Origin: Guillardia theta CCMP2712
Lineage: Eukaryota > Protista > Cryptophyta
Assembly: GCF_000315625.1 (NCBI RefSeq)
Contig: NW_005434627.1
Coordinates: 512,592-576,591 of the forward strand
Reading direction: 5' to 3'
DNA: 64,000 nucleotides
Below the pieces are notes generated by a model that saw only the letters and a list, made by a program, of their open reading frames with translations, did no database searches and had not been told where the DNA came from. Shown in pieces: positions 14,701 through 29,269 of this stretch (its first letter is position 1; every line of letters starts with the position of its first letter). The position numbers and the translations under genes were made by a program.

Positions 14701-17700
14701 CCAGCGGCTGCAGCTGAGGGTCGACAGTATCGAGGCCCTGGAGGACGAGGAGGACGTTGCACCTGACGACCAGCGGCACGTTGACCTCGAAAGTGACGGT
14801 CAGCACGTTGAGGGACCTCGGCCGTGAGGTGCTCTGCCGCATCTCTAGGGTGTTGAACTTGGGGGTGATGATGAAGAGCGGTTGGGCAGATCCAGCGACT
14901 GGAGTCAAGACAGACGTCAAACTTGAGCAGCCCGTCAACGGCGTCCAGTCAAAGTCAACCGAAGGGACCGACAAGTCAACTTGCACGCTCAAGGCTCTGA
15001 TAAGCAGAGGAGGCGCACTTTGACCTCTGGAAGGGTTGGTGACGAGGAAGGAAAGCTCGAAGGGTCGGCCGGGAGGGATCAGGACGTCGTTGCCGTAGCC
15101 GATGTCCCGGACCTTGAGGATGAACGTTGAGTTCACAGGCTGATATTCGATCAGCAAGATTTCTGTGACTCTCGCTTGTTGGCCGTTGGGTAGCTTGACG
15201 ACATACAAGGAGCTGTCGCTGTCCAGCAGCCGAAGGCTCGAGGTCGAGACAATGGCGTTGCTGAAGCCTTGCATGACGATCTGAGTTCCAAAGCGGATGG
15301 GAGCGTTCAAGGAGAGAGTGACCTGAGGGACGAGTTAGTCTCAGGAGCCCCACCCCTACCTCCTCCTCTCACTGTGATCGTGTTGTCCGAGCACGGGTAC
15401 GCGTCCGACTGCTTGGCAGCTGCGATCTCAAACCTGGCGTTGTCAACTTTGAGCGGCGGCCAGTCCGGGTCGTTCCTGAAGAGACTGCGAGAGACGAACT
15501 GGACGCCTCGAGACCTGGCGGAGATGTAGACGGTCCGAGCCTCCTGGGGGAGGTAGGGGTTGTCCAGGATGAAGGAGAAGGTGAAGTTGACCATGTCCTT
15601 GAGCTGAGCTGCCAGGGCGAAACTGACAGTTCCCAGCTGCTGGTCCCACAAGGTGTTGGAGAACCGCGAGACGTCGCAGCAGTCCGAGTTGGCGAGGACC
15701 TGCGGGGGTTCAGACGCGACAACGGAGGCTGCCATATCAGTCTTACGTTCGTGAAATCACAGCTCAGCAAACGGTCCTGGCAGAATCTCGTGCCGAGAGA
15801 GCAGGGCTCGAGGTCGCTTGCTCGGGTGCAACAGCCTCCGTTGCAGATTGTGCGCGAGCAGTCGGAGAACGGGTTGCATCCTGTGCCGCAACTGATCGCG
15901 ATGGGCCCGCTGGACGTGCGGGAGCCAGTCAGGCCCTCGATCAAGAAGTCCACCTGAAGGTCAGCTGAGACCACGAGGGAGGGAGCGAACGTGACGGTGA
16001 TGTGGTTTCTTGCTCCCGGAAACCTGCGATGACGTCATCAGATTAGACGAGAGACTCTGACTGACCTCGTGCTCTCCCCGATGTTTCTCTGCAGCAGCTC
16101 CATCTTGAGGATGCGCAAGGGCTCGTGGATGCCGTTCTCCGACTTGTCTGGGTCCATGGCAACAGCTGGGATCAGAACTACTGAAGTTGTCTGGATGAAG
16201 ATGGTGCGAGGACTCTGTTCTAGCGCCGGGTTGACGATGGAGAAGGAGAAGTCATAGGCAGTCTTCTCAACGAGGTCAGTGAGAAGGCAGAAGGCGATGC
16301 TGTTCCCGTCCCATGCTCCCTGTCCTGTCACCCCCGCATCCGCCGACTTCACCAGCGAGCCGAAGGAGTTTGACCCGTCGACATTCTTGTAGGTTTCCGT
16401 GCCGGCAGCAAGTCCGAAGCCGTAGATGGAGATACATGTGCCCTTGCGTAGAGGAGCGCTGACGGAGAAGGTGACGGTCAGCACGTTCTCAGCTGAGGGC
16501 AGCGCTGTCCTCTGCGAGATGAGCTTGACCTCGAAGCTGGGCTGCAGGATCAGCATGGGGCCGAGCCGGTTCGGGGCTGGGAGGAGGGTATTGGAAACGA
16601 GGACGGTGCCTGAGGCGGAGAAGATGCTGAGAGTGGTTTCAGCTGCCGGCTGAGGGGTGAGAGGGTTCGAGACCAGGAAGGAGATGGTGACTTCAATGCC
16701 TGCAAGGGGGTCAGAGGAGCAGCTGCAAAGGCGGAGGGGGGGCAGGAGCAAAAAGAGGAGGGGTGAGGTGGGGAGGAGGCGAGGAAGGAGAAAGCTACCC
16801 GGGCTCAAGTCTGTCAGGGGGTAGAGGGTCGCTGAGAGTGTCGACGCGTCCCACGCAAAGGTCCTGTCAGCTCCCAGCCGCGTGCCCGCAAACTTGGCGG
16901 CAGTGAAGTCACATGGAGTGCCGTCAAGGAAGCGGAAGCTGGGGGCAGTGCTGAGGTTGTACACCCCCGTGGGCTTGATAGCCCCGCGCAAACCGGAGAC
17001 GACGAGGTAAGCTTGAGAGGAGACAGAGATCGGAGTCGTCACGGCAAACGACACTGAGATCGTATTGACCACCTCTCCCGGAAACCCGTTGCTCTCCCAG
17101 ATAAGCCCACTGCAAGCCCCTCCGACCGGACAGACCGTGAAGGCTCCAAGGATGCAGTTGGCAGCTTCGAGGCAGAGGAAGGATGGGTTGACTAGCTTCA
17201 AGATCGCTGCGAAGTCCGGGGTGGCGGAGATCAAGCCCATGGTCCCGCCAGGCTTCTCGAAGCTCCACCTCCTCCAGCTTCTCCTCCAGGAGGGGCAGGT
17301 AGAACAAGTTTCTTTCACTGACCCCAAGTTGAGAGTGACGTCCTGGTCCAGCGAGACGCTCGAGAAGATAGGTATCTTGCCAGACATCGAGATCGAGACG
17401 GAGGGCGATGACGTGGACTGCGCTGGGTTCTGGATCACGAACTGGAAAGTGTACGTCCTCCCCTCCTGCATCTCCTGCACGAAGAACTTGATGCCGTACG
17501 TCGCCGCGTCCCATGTTGCTGAGCAGGTCTGAGCCCCGTCGTAGGAGAACACAGAGCAGCCTCTCTCGCTGGGGTCAAAGTCAGCGCAGGCAAGGTCGAC
17601 GTTCTCGATGAGAGGCATCACGGAGCTTGTCTGCGGGCTCTGCGCGCCGTAGAGGCCGGAGATTGAGATTTGATTGCTGGCTTGCTGAGGGATGGGAACA

Positions 17701-20700
17701 CTGCCGGCCAGACGGATGGTGATGTCGTTGAGAGCTCCGGGGTAGGGAACAGACTGACTGATCTTCTTGAGCACGAACTCGAAGCCTAGAGGCAGGGGAG
17801 GACGAGAGTCAGAGAGGGTAGAACAAGAGAGACGATAAGTTACCGAGGACTCGCAGGATGGGGTTGGCCGGGTCAAAGGAGGTCAGGATAATGCTGTTCA
17901 AGATGCTGTTCTCGACGTCGATCTGCAGCGCGACTTGAGGAGAGTCCTGCAGGAAGAGTGAGCGCGAGCGAGACTGAGAGCGTCGGCAACCTGTCGGATG
18001 GCAGGATTCATGAAGGCGAAAGAGAAGTTGAACACGTTGGAAGGCTCCGTGCAAAGATACGCTGCCACTTGGTAGGTCTCTGCCTTCCAACTGGCATAAC
18101 CAGCGTACGCTAGGGCTGTGGAAGTGTTGCAGGGGACGGGAGAGAGCGACAAGGCGGAGGGTCCTTGTAGCTTGACGAAGTTGAGGCCGGCGACGAAGTC
18201 AGGCATGCTCTCCATGGAGGCATGGAGGATCGGGGAGAGAGACATCTTGGTTGAGAGCTGAAGGAGCTTCTCGGTCTTGAACCAGACGGTGACAAGGTTC
18301 AGACTCATCGGGAACGAGGTCGTCTGCTTAGCCAGCGCGTACTGAAAGATAAGCCGGGAGATCTTCATGGGACCCACACCCGACGGGTCCACCACGACCG
18401 GGTCGATCAGAGTCCCGTAGGCTCCGATGGATACGAGCGGAGAGTCTTGAGGGGAGAAAGGATTCTTGACGTCAAACGCAAACGAGTAGTTGACGGCTGC
18501 CTGCAGCTCCTGTGCGACTTGCATAGTCAACGTCTTGGCAGTTGAGTCCCACAGTGCAAATCCGATCTGACTACCATCACTAAAGATCTGAACACCGTCA
18601 AGTAGCAGCTTGAAAGAACCTGTGATGACGTAAAATCATCATCCCCTCCCTCCCTCCCTCCCTCCCTCCCTCCCTCCCTCCCTCCCTCCCTCCCTCCCTC
18701 CCTCAACCTTCTTTCCCCTCTCCTGTCCTCTCCCTCATCTGCATACCTGTGGGATCTAAGGGGCCCAGCAGGTTGCTCAGCTGAATCTCGGTAGGGTAAA
18801 GACCGTCTTCGTGGCACAAGGTGGAAACGCAGTAGGGCACAGGGCCGTTGGTCGTTCCCGTGCCGCACTGGCTTGTGGCCTGACACGGTTGACCTTCCAA
18901 GGCCCCGACGTTGCAGACGCGGTCAAACTGGTGACCTCGCGTCAGGTCCTGCAGGCTCAGCTCGCCGAAGATCTTGGCGTCCTGGGGAAGTCCCGTGTAG
19001 AGGCTGGTGATGAAACCCTCCTCCCCCGGCAACCACCCGCGGAACGCTCGTCGCTTGCATCGCCTGACGGAGGGGAACAGCGGGGAGTTGAGGGAGAACC
19101 TGACGGTGAGCTGGTTGGTCTGAGCTGGTTCGCTGTTGGACTGGGAGATGGCCTTGAGCTCAAACTGCGCTTGCAGGACATACAGGGGGGCCGCCCAACC
19201 GCCTGTCGTCGCCCCGATGCTGGAGAGAACAGTCTCCAAGTCTGACTGCATGCTCGACACGTCGATGGTGATGCCGTCTACCTGAATCTGCAGCACCGGC
19301 GAGTTCTGGCCGAGGCCTGGGTTGGAGATGTTGAAGGCCAGGTAGTAGTTCTTACCGGCTACCACGTCTGCAATCACCGAGAACGTCAAGTTCTTGTACC
19401 CGTAACGACCACCATACAAGGCCCTGCTTGCCCTTGCGCTGTTGACATCGGCAGAGCCGTCGAAGAGGCCGAAGACTGAGCTCGGGCCCCCGGTCTTGAA
19501 GTCAGTGAGGTTGAACTCCGACTCCACTGACGGGCCGCCTTGGAGGTTGTCGATCAAAATCTTTACCTGCCTTTAAGAGATGTTAGGCGAGCACACAGAG
19601 AAGAGAGAAAGAGAATAGAAGGGAACACAAGAGAGGGCAGAGAAGAGACTGAGACGAAAAAACTTCTACCTGTAGAACTGAGTCGACGCTCGGATGTCGA
19701 CGTTGAACGACAAGGTCAAGAAGATAGTGTTGGTGGCACCGGGAAATGGATTGCTCTGTCCTACTTTCTTGATCTCAAAGGCAGGTGTGAAGATCAGCAA
19801 GGGCTCAGCGTCGCCTGGCCGAGCCTTCCAGATAGCAGGGAGAACCGTGACGTTGTCCTTGCGCATCAGCGACAAAGGCAGCGAGATGCCGAAGGAGGCG
19901 ATGGCGACACCGGGAGAGTCTTGAGGCAGGATTGAGTTCTCAACCCGCACAGAGATTATGATGTCCTTCTGGGGAATCGAGTTCCTCACAAACAGCTGCA
20001 GCGACTGCGATGTTTGGTCCCACGAGGCAGTCCCACTGACTCCTTGCGCAGAGGAGGAGAAGTACTGCTCATCGCCCTGCGGTGACTGCAGGGAGACGAC
20101 GGGAGTGGCATAAGCTCCGAGGAGGTTGGAGATCTGAATCATGGACTGCTCTGTGATGGTGCTGGATGAGTTGAGAAAGATGAAGTTGAACCTGATCGTG
20201 AAGGTCAGCGTGTTGACAGCGCCTGGGTAAGGGGTCGACTGTCCCACATTCTTGACCACGAAGGAAGGGCTGAGCACGTTCAACGGAGGTCCAGCTTGAC
20301 TATCGTCAACCTTGGGCAAGATGCAGACTCCGTTGCTGTAGCAGGAGGTCAAGGATGAGATGATCTGAACTCGCAGGCCCTCCGTCTGAAGCAGCACCGT
20401 CGGTGACGTCTGCTGGTCGGGGAAGTTGGTGACTTGGAATGAGAAGGCCAACTGTGTCAGTCTGCTCCAGTCCTTGCGCAGATGAAGCAACAGAGAGTTA
20501 GTCCCCTCGCTCCACGTCCCAGCTGAGAGGGTGCCTGTCGCAAGAGCTGAGAAATAATCTGGACCGGAGGGAGACAGAGGAGAGACCAAGAGACTGACTG
20601 TCTTGCCCTGGCTGTCGGCATAGACTGGCTGCCCTCCCGTCAGCCCGGAGATGTTGAGCGTCACAGCCGGGTAGGACAAGCTGGCGTTGCGAACGTCTAC

Positions 20701-23700
20701 GTTGACAGCAAGCAGAATAGTGACGTAGTTGACGGAGCCAGGGTTGTTGGAACTGTGACGGATGGAGGTAGGAGCGACGAAGTATGCAGGCTGAACGAAG
20801 AGGGGCTGAAGAAGCTCGAGGGCACTGCCTCCCTCCGCGCCTGAGAGCACAAAGTCCGAGAGCAGCAGCGTCTGGAGAACAATCGATTGCATCACCGTCA
20901 CCGAGACGTTGGGGGCATCTTGAGCGACCGGAGGGTTTTCGAGGACGAACTGGAGGGTCAAAGTTTGGTCAGCGGAGATCTCGCCTTTTGCCAGGTAGAA
21001 TTGAAGTTCTTTCGTCGCATCGTTCCACAGCGCCGAGGAGGAGGCAGGAACATTCCCATCGTAAGAGAACAAGTTGGAGCCTGAGGACACGAAAGGCAGC
21101 ACGCCTGACGGTCTCTTGGCTCCCAGCAAGTTAGAGATCTTGAACAAGCATGACGTGAAGTCGTAGAGATGGAAATTGAGCTGCAATGTCACCGTCAGTG
21201 TGTTGATGGCGCTCGGGTACGACGCTGATTGACCAGCCTTGGACGTGACGTATGCGGGGCTGTCAACTACCAGCGGCTTATCCTTCAAGGCGGCGGGCAG
21301 GAGCAGAGGAAGAGCAGCGACTTGGTAGCATCCCAAGATCGCGATCGTTGGCTGCGCGCTGGGACTGGAGCTCATCGGATTGAGGACGGTCAAGTTGAAC
21401 TGGAAGTGCTGGAAGGAGGAGAAGGAGGAGGGAGCAGGAAGGGCCAACATAAGGGAACCGCCAGGCGTTCTCTTCAGCTGGAAGGCTCCGGTGCTCCGTG
21501 TGACCAAGGGAAACTCTTCGATCCAGATGTGATTGCGAACCCTCCTGACCTCATTCTTCTGCCCGTTCCTCCAGTAGAAACAGTTGTAAATGTTGTTCTG
21601 AAAGTTCTGAGGCGTCCAGCCCCAGTAGTCTGAAGTGATCTGCGTGCTGCTAATAGTCCCTTCTCCTGCTCCCCACATGTTGCGCAGGATCCAAGCGCCC
21701 GACGAGCTCTGAAAGTTCGACACCTTCCACCTTCCCTTCTTCACTGCCAGCACGCTGCTGGGATTCTGCGGGTCAACCACGTACCACACAACAGTTTCTC
21801 CTCTTGCACTCTGCGCTCGAGCGATTCTCTCCTGCCAGGTCGTGGAGCTTTGGAAGGCCCAGATGATGGAGAGGACGTGCTTCTCTTCCGCGTAGATCTC
21901 CTGTCGCAACGATGAATGCTTGATGGCTGACGCGTCACTCCAGGAGGCTGTGAAAGAGCCTGTATCGCCCTCACAGTCCGAGACGTTGGCGAGCAGCATT
22001 GAGGGCGAGAACAGGCTGTCGACTATCACGGTGGATCCCGACAGAAGAGGAGGAGAAGCTGTGAAAGAGACGCTGAGACGATTCAAACCCCCCGGCAGGC
22101 TCGACGACTGTACTATCGTTTGATTCAGAAAGTTGCCTTCCTTCACCACAAGCGAGTCTTGGGGAAACTGAAACGAGAAGTTCTGAGCAGCTTGGCTGTC
22201 GCTAGGAGGGGCGAAAACTTGGAGGGTGACAAGGTTTGAGCTTACGGAACGAGAGTTTTTGATAGCGAAGGTGAAGGAGTAGGGAGAAGACTGTCCTCCT
22301 CCGTTCTGATCTTCCTTGACCTCTGTCGCGATTGTGCTGTCGAAGGAGAGGTACCAGTCAAAGCTGCTGGCCTGATTGCCCGATGGCTTCAGGAGCCCAC
22401 AAGTGTCATCACGAGTTGCCGTACTTGACACGGACGTGTCCTGACGGCTAAGACCGTAGGTGCAGACGTCTTGCAGGCACTGACAGGACTCGCAGGGGAC
22501 GAGGTACATCTCGTTTCTGATGCCCTCGGAGTAGATGGCTGTGTCTTTACCTCCCATGAAGTATGTGGGGCAGCAGGGTTTGATCGCAGCTCCCGTCACG
22601 TTGTTGTAGAGAGAGCCCGCCTGGCAACCGAAGTCGTTCTGCTGGTTGAAGTTGCCGTGCCCCCAGAAATCTCCTCCGCTTCCGATGGCAGGATTCTGCG
22701 ACGGGTCCGCGTTGGTCTGACTTACGACGTCCGTGATGTCCCAGGCACCGTCCACCAGGCTGTCTGCAGCCCCCCAAGCGCCATCGTCAGGTGAAAATCC
22801 TGTGCTGGAGGGCTGCTGGGAATCGAAGATGTTACTCAGTGTGAAGTCAGCTCCATCCTGCCTGTAGGGAAGGTTCCTTGAGAACCTCCAGGCCCCCCGG
22901 AGCGTCTTGACAAACCTTCCCTTCCCGTCTCTCACCGTCCACACCACAGCCTCGCCCTCCTTCCTCGTGGAGGCGTCGATCAACCTCTGCCGCAGAGTTT
23001 TCGACTCGTTGAACGACCAGAACACCTCGAACTTGAGCTCGTCGTAGTCGTAAAACCTCTGCTGGAACGAGAAATGTGCGGTGTCTCGATGTTCCGCACT
23101 GAAGTATCCACTTGCAGTCGAGAACCCAGGTTGTGCTTGCAAGGTCCTGGCATCGTATGCAGGGGCCGAGGAAGCAAGAAGCGGGGAGGGAAGGAGAGAG
23201 TCTTGAGGACCAAATGGCAAACTCTGTGCGCATTGAAATGAAGTAGTGACAGCAAACAACCGTGGGACCAACGCTGGAAAGACTCCTTCCAACGTGATTC
23301 TTGTCATGGCAACCAAAGTGAAAGAGGTGTAGAGACTGACGGTGATGGTGTTTTCAGTGCCTGCCACTACACTTGTCTGTGACAAGAAGGTGTTGGAGCA
23401 AATGCCAGCGCAATTGGCGAGAAGTCTGCGACGAGGCTGGTCGTCGTGCTGATGACTGCCTTCATGCCTCTCCTCCTCCAGATGGTCTGAAAGATCGACA
23501 GCAAGATTCGTCGAATCGTCCATTCTATCTTGGTCGGTGAATCTTCTGCTGCTTGGCTTGGGAAAAATCTCGAGAGGCATGGAAGTCCGTCCGTTAAGCA
23601 GGAGAGGCAACTTGAGCATAGGCTCGTCCGGGATCTCGATGCCTCTCATGCCTATCCGGATGTTTGGAGACACTTGCTGGTTCCCGTTCATGACGGTGAA

Positions 23701-25349
23701 TTGCAGAAATATGTCTTCGTTTTCTGAAACATCTTGCAACACAGAAAAGCTTACTTGTTTCAAAGTGTCGTCCCAGCGCCCGACACCATATCTCTCAGTA
23801 AATGTTCCATCAGGGTTTGATACGACTATCCCAAAGATTTCCGACGGCCTGCCCAATCAGTCAGCGCTTCTAGTATTTCTCGTCACTATGCTCACCTTGC
23901 TTCGCAGTCCATCTTTCCACTCGAACACCCTCGTCGTACAGAAATCAATCCTTCCTTGGCAAGTGCTGGATCATCTTCATTTGTTCCACCAAGCAAACCA
24001 GATATGACAATGGTTGCCTTGGACAAGGGGGTCTTACAGTCAGTTGTGGTTTCCTGCCAAACGTTCAACCACGGCTTATTCGTTACAGGTACAAGAATGG
24101 TGGATGTTTGTTGCAGACAACCCCAAACAGGGATGTTGAAACGCAATCTCATCATCAAAATGTTCAAAGAGCCAGCCAAGGGCTGAGAGTGGGATATTTC
24201 TTTGGCAAGAAACTGTCCTGCCACTATATCAAGTGCCCCAAGAGCGCCCTGACTCGAGTTAGACGTGGCTGGTGCTTGACTCGACATCAGATGCCACCCA
24301 CATGCCACGGGAATGCAGCTATCCTTCTGGCACTCTCCGTACCGGCGTCTAACATCCCCAGTTTCTTGGCAGCCTCCCAGGCACAAGAATCCTGACTCAA
24401 TGGTACATTGCTTAGAGCATCCGTCGCCATCAATGGTATTGCCATCATCACATTCTTCTGCACCGTTGCGCTTGCCATCTCCACAAACCGGCGCGTTCAC
24501 ATTCGTACCTTGACAGAGCGGCAAGCCAACACATTCTCCGCCTGAATTGCAATAGCCTTGACCGCTGCAAGTTATGGCGGCACTGCAAAACTTGGAGCAG
24601 TTTGATCCATAGTGATCGCAAATGCATCTATCGCAAGAGGGGCCAGTAAAATTACCGAAGCAAACGCACTGACCAGCAAAGTTGCAAAATCCATGTCCGT
24701 TACAGGATTGCTTCCAGTTGCACAGTTGTGCCTTGGAGCAAGTGCCGAAACTATCACATGTACAAGAGGAACAGCCGACTTGAGCACTCGCGCCAGCCTG
24801 ACCGAACGCATGAAATGATTGTAATGCTGGCGAATAAGCCACGAGCGAGGACATTGACTCCTCGTGTATGGAACAGTGGCATACATCCGCTAAGGAGGTT
24901 CGATAAAATACAGAAGAAGACACATCGGAGACACGATCGCACGCCCAACCATTTTCAACCGTGCAAACCCCAGGTGCTGATGACATGTTGCAATAACAGC
25001 CGTCGTTCCTCAAGAAGTTGCCATCATCGCACTGTTCAGAACCAACTCTTATTCCGTCTCCATGTACAACACTGCATGTTGTATTCAAGAAAACGTCACT
25101 CTGACTGCTCTTTGCAATAGCATCAACTCCATGAAGCCAAAAGTCAAAACAGCTGAAGCCTGCCTCAAGAGTGCAGAGGGAGCTGCAACCATCATGGCTT
25201 CGGTTGTTTTTGTCATCACAAGTTTCGTGACCTTCAATGATGCCATCGCCACATACGGAAGCCAAGGACTGCGAGCAACAGATGGAACACACAGCAAGCA
25301 AGAGCAGGTACACGTGTCCCACTTGACGTGCTCTTGCTGCCCTCAGCAT
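10354..25349 (-). CDS. giant (roughly 4,500 aa) type I membrane protein: signal peptide, Myxococcus-type Cys-rich repeats, EGF-like, many ~140-aa beta-rich repeats, LNR-like, two YfaP-like modules, ZU5-like domain, C-terminal TM
   Basis: Chain of minus-strand ORFs joined by GT-AG introns. Motifs: [27 protein letters not shown] x3; recurring QSxxxPGxxNxLTV; [22 protein letters not shown]; [18 protein letters not shown]; [14 protein letters not shown]; [22 protein letters not shown]. Confidence 0.8.
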
Positions 25350-26149
25350 CTCCCTCCTCTCTCACGTCCCAGGCACGACCTTTCTCCGCATCGCGTCAAC
25401 TCAGTGCTCACACATGTACTTGAGGACGAGGGGTCATGAAAAAAAAAGTCAAGGAATGAGAGGTTACTACACTCGTTTACTCAAAGTTAAGTTAACAACT
25501 AGTACTGCTACTACTACGTGACTACTTGAAACTACCAAGTCTCACTGAGTCACTTTACTCATCAAACTCAAACTACTTCTACTCCTCTCAAGGGAGGATT
25601 TCAAGTTGCAAGTTAGCTTACCGTAACTCAGTGAATCAACATCACCTGCGACATCCCACTGACTACGGTCAGCAATCTCACTCTACTACGTAACCCTCCC
25701 GATCGGTCCCCCGAAATGCAATTGAATTCATTGAGCCGTTGCCCTTCCCCTCCCCCTGACTTAAGCCTGGCAATATATCACAGCGGTATCACTGCCATCT
25801 ATTTGCTCAGCTCTGGGGATTGGCAGAGGCGAGCTTTCTTACAGGACAAGCCTCTCAAGCTCTTGATGCGAGTAGCTGCCCAAGACTCACTGGGAGGGCC
25901 ATGGAAGAGGAGTTGCCGTGAGTCAGTTTTGTGTTCGATTGAAAATGGACTTAGCTTCCGTTTGAGCACGATCAATCGGAATCATACAAACAGTGAGTAG
26001 CTCACCGATAACGGCCAACAGTTACTGTTATTCCATGAATTTGCTGTGGGCCAATCAAGGTAGTAGAAAAATGAAAATTCATCAGGATATAACAACCAAC
26101 GGTTTGTTCAGGCGCTCATTCTAACTATACCATCTCGAGGCTCGGAACT

Positions 26150-29100
26150 TCATCTGTTTTGTGACATGCTTCCTGCCATCAGAAGGTCATTGAGATGTTT
26201 TTGACCACGTTACAAGAAACCTTGAAGCCCCTCGGTCATGCACGTCAAGGAGCTTCTTCCATTGGAGTATCCTCCTCCTCAATCTTTCCTCTTCCACCCT
26301 GACCTAAAGCATGAACAAAGTCAGCCTCTTCTTTCATCGTCAGCAAACTAACCTTGAACTGTTCTTCATTTCTTTCTCGGTCTTCTACGCTGATTTTCAC
26401 CGAATTAGACCAAATTGAGATGATATCAGATATGCTCTGGAGGGTTTCCGATCCCTGCCTCAGTCGCTTGTAATTGCCGTTAGAATGCGTCGAGAGTTTC
26501 TGGCCTAACTTACCATATCTTGCTTGGCATAGATCAAGTCTGCCCAGCTCGAAAAAATATTCTTGACCTCAAATTGCCTCAAGTAGTGCCTGTGCAGTCT
26601 AGAGAAGGCCGCGCTCCAAACCCTGAACCGTTCGGAAGAGCCGTTAGACTTGATCATCAAATGAGATTGAATAACCTTCCACGATCTCTCCAAAAAGTAT
26701 AGCATCGATGAAAGTCATGCACTTCGTCCCTCCAAGAATAGAACGCGACGGTCTGCAAAAACTATCAGAACTAGCAATGCGGTTTTTTTTCTGAACCCGG
26801 CAAGCATCGTGGTAGTTGTTCGATAGAATATTGCTCAGTTGATCTTGTTTGCGACAAAGAGCGTCCTGTGTCTGACGTACTTGATCAAATCACAGACTGA
26901 AAGGCGCAGGGAAACACCTCCTCAAAAAGATCTTTCAATAGCCTGATCGTGGCGGTAGGCCCTTCTCTACTGGAATGATCTGAAGAGATCTGCTCTACTG
27001 CCAGCAGCAAGTGAGGTATTTGATCGCTCTCATGCCCAACGTGCTGATACCTCTTCTCAGCAACGAGCTTTTGCGCGTGATTGGAGATCCATCGAACACT
27101 GTCCTGGCCTTCACTTCTTTGTGACTTCAAATCATCATCTCACCAGATGGTGTCGTAGCAGCTTTATCTGAATTTGATGTTCTTCTTGGCGAATTCGAGA
27201 ATAGACGCCTGATGAAAAGGTAGAAATTAAATGGCACAAGGAATAAATCAAATGGCAATAACCCTCGAATTTTTGAATCGGCCACCACTTCGAAACTGTC
27301 TCCTAAGCGTTGAACTCGAGAAAAATGCCCATGCAAGCGCCCGGTGCCATGTGGCGACATTACAGTTACTGGATGCTTTTGTGATGGCAAAAAATCTTTG
27401 ATTTCTTCCTGCATCCCCCACATCAGGGTTCAATAAGTTTAAGTTTTAAAGACACCACTCAATTTACCCTTTCATATTCTTTGGGAGACCTCCTTGGCAC
27501 GGCGGATTTTGTTTCCCTTTTGTTGTTCTGTCTCAATTTTGCCCATTGCCTGCAGACGATCAGTGATCGATTCATCATGCCAACCTCATCATGTATCATC
27601 ACCGAATAGTTGAAGAACACTGTCGGAACTCTTTTAAATGTTTCATGCGCACGACACGAGAATCTTCTGGAAGCATCGTTTTGAACTCGACGAAATGATT
27701 CCAACTTTTCATGATGCATCTCAACAATCGCTTGTAGACAAAACTTGCAAATCTCTCAACGCAGCACCTGAAAAGATTTGATGAGATTTGGTCGTCTTAG
27801 GGAAACGAAAGCTGCGAGCACCTTTGTCCGTATTTCTTGCGACATTTCATCGTTAAGTCTCTTGCCGTGCTGAGATTTAACGCTAAAGGAACTTTCATGT
27901 TTCTGCATAATTCCTTGATTTTTTGATATGCAAGCCATTCCAACCAATTTTCGATTGTTTCCCTAAGGATGAGTGCCAACTGACAAGACATTACCTTGTA
28001 TACAGAGGCCTCCCTGTCATCAACTAGTTCTTGCGCAAGTTGACTCCAAAGATAGAATGCGTGTCGTTTGTGCTTTGCGCTTCCGAAAGAATGTTGCACG
28101 TGACCATCGCAATATATAGACCAGTTTCTCCACAGATGAATTGGGCTGCTCTTTCTGCATTTGAGAATTGAGTACTTGGAATTTACATCATCAAAAGAGC
28201 GGAAGCTTTGATCGTCCTTGTCCTCATCAAATTGCGAGCTTTCTCCCAATGTGAGCGAGTCAATAAATGCGATAGCATGCTCCACGCCGAAACCGCTGGA
28301 GGACCTAGCCTTCACTTGCGAGGATCTGAGACAACTACTAGTGAAAGAAAGCTCAAACGCTAACTGGTCTAATACCTGCTGAGCATGAAGATTTCATTTT
28401 CATCCGTCTGCATCAAGTCAAGTGAAAACCAAAAATTAACAATGAGATATTGATTACCTCATCGTTGTAGGAAAGGTTTTTCGACGACCCTCGTTGCGAA
28501 ATTTCGAGCTCAGGTGTAAATTCTTGTTGAACTTCTACAGAAACTTGGAGAGGTCACCAAACGAATTGTGTTGGATCAATCAATCAAGATATTTTGATAC
28601 CGCGGCTGTCGTCTGCAAATTGTGTGGAAAATAATACAGATAGCTCGTTTTTTGACGAATGTTCTATAATGATGCCACCGGATGATGTCAGATTACTTTT
28701 GACTCAAAGCAGTGACAAACACAGAGTTCACCAGCTTTCAACTCGTTGTCAACGCTGCAGACTTTTTGCGAAAACGAGAGCATCCAAGCTAGATATGTGG
28801 ATATGTCATTGGAATTACTGCTACCGTCATTCTGTCAACAGATCGCATCAAGAATCAAGCCACAAATGCTGTGAATTCCTTGACCTCTAACTCGGAATTT
28901 CTTCGTATGTCGTCGAGGAAAGCTACTTCCAAGGCCAGCAGATCAGGACGATCAAGAGCTAAACTTGCCAACTGATGTAGCAATCACTTATATTAGGCCG
29001 CAGACTACAACCTTACCTCCTCGTGCGTATGCAAAGGGAGACCTTGCCGTAACATCGCTTGAACGGTAGAAGAAACATCGACGTCCTTGGACTGAAGTTC

Positions 29101-29236
29101 AAACTCCTGCGAGGAAGTGAACATCGCCATGCCATCTCAGAGAAGCCATGAAAGTGACGCCAAGGTGACATCGGAAGGTCAGGGTGACAGACTCTGCGCA
29201 TCATCTCACATGCCACAACACTCGGCGATCCTCCAT
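26150..29236 (-). CDS. hypothetical multi-exon protein with Sfi1-like (AFxxW) segments and a C-terminal coiled coil
   Basis: Spliceable start MEDRRVLWH|EFELQSK. Minus-strand exons include KRHAFYLWSQL, IENWLEWL and AFYSWRDE. Boundaries are approximate. Confidence 0.5.
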
Positions 29237-29269
29237 GACAAGCTTTCAAAAATCAGATTCGAGGTCAAC

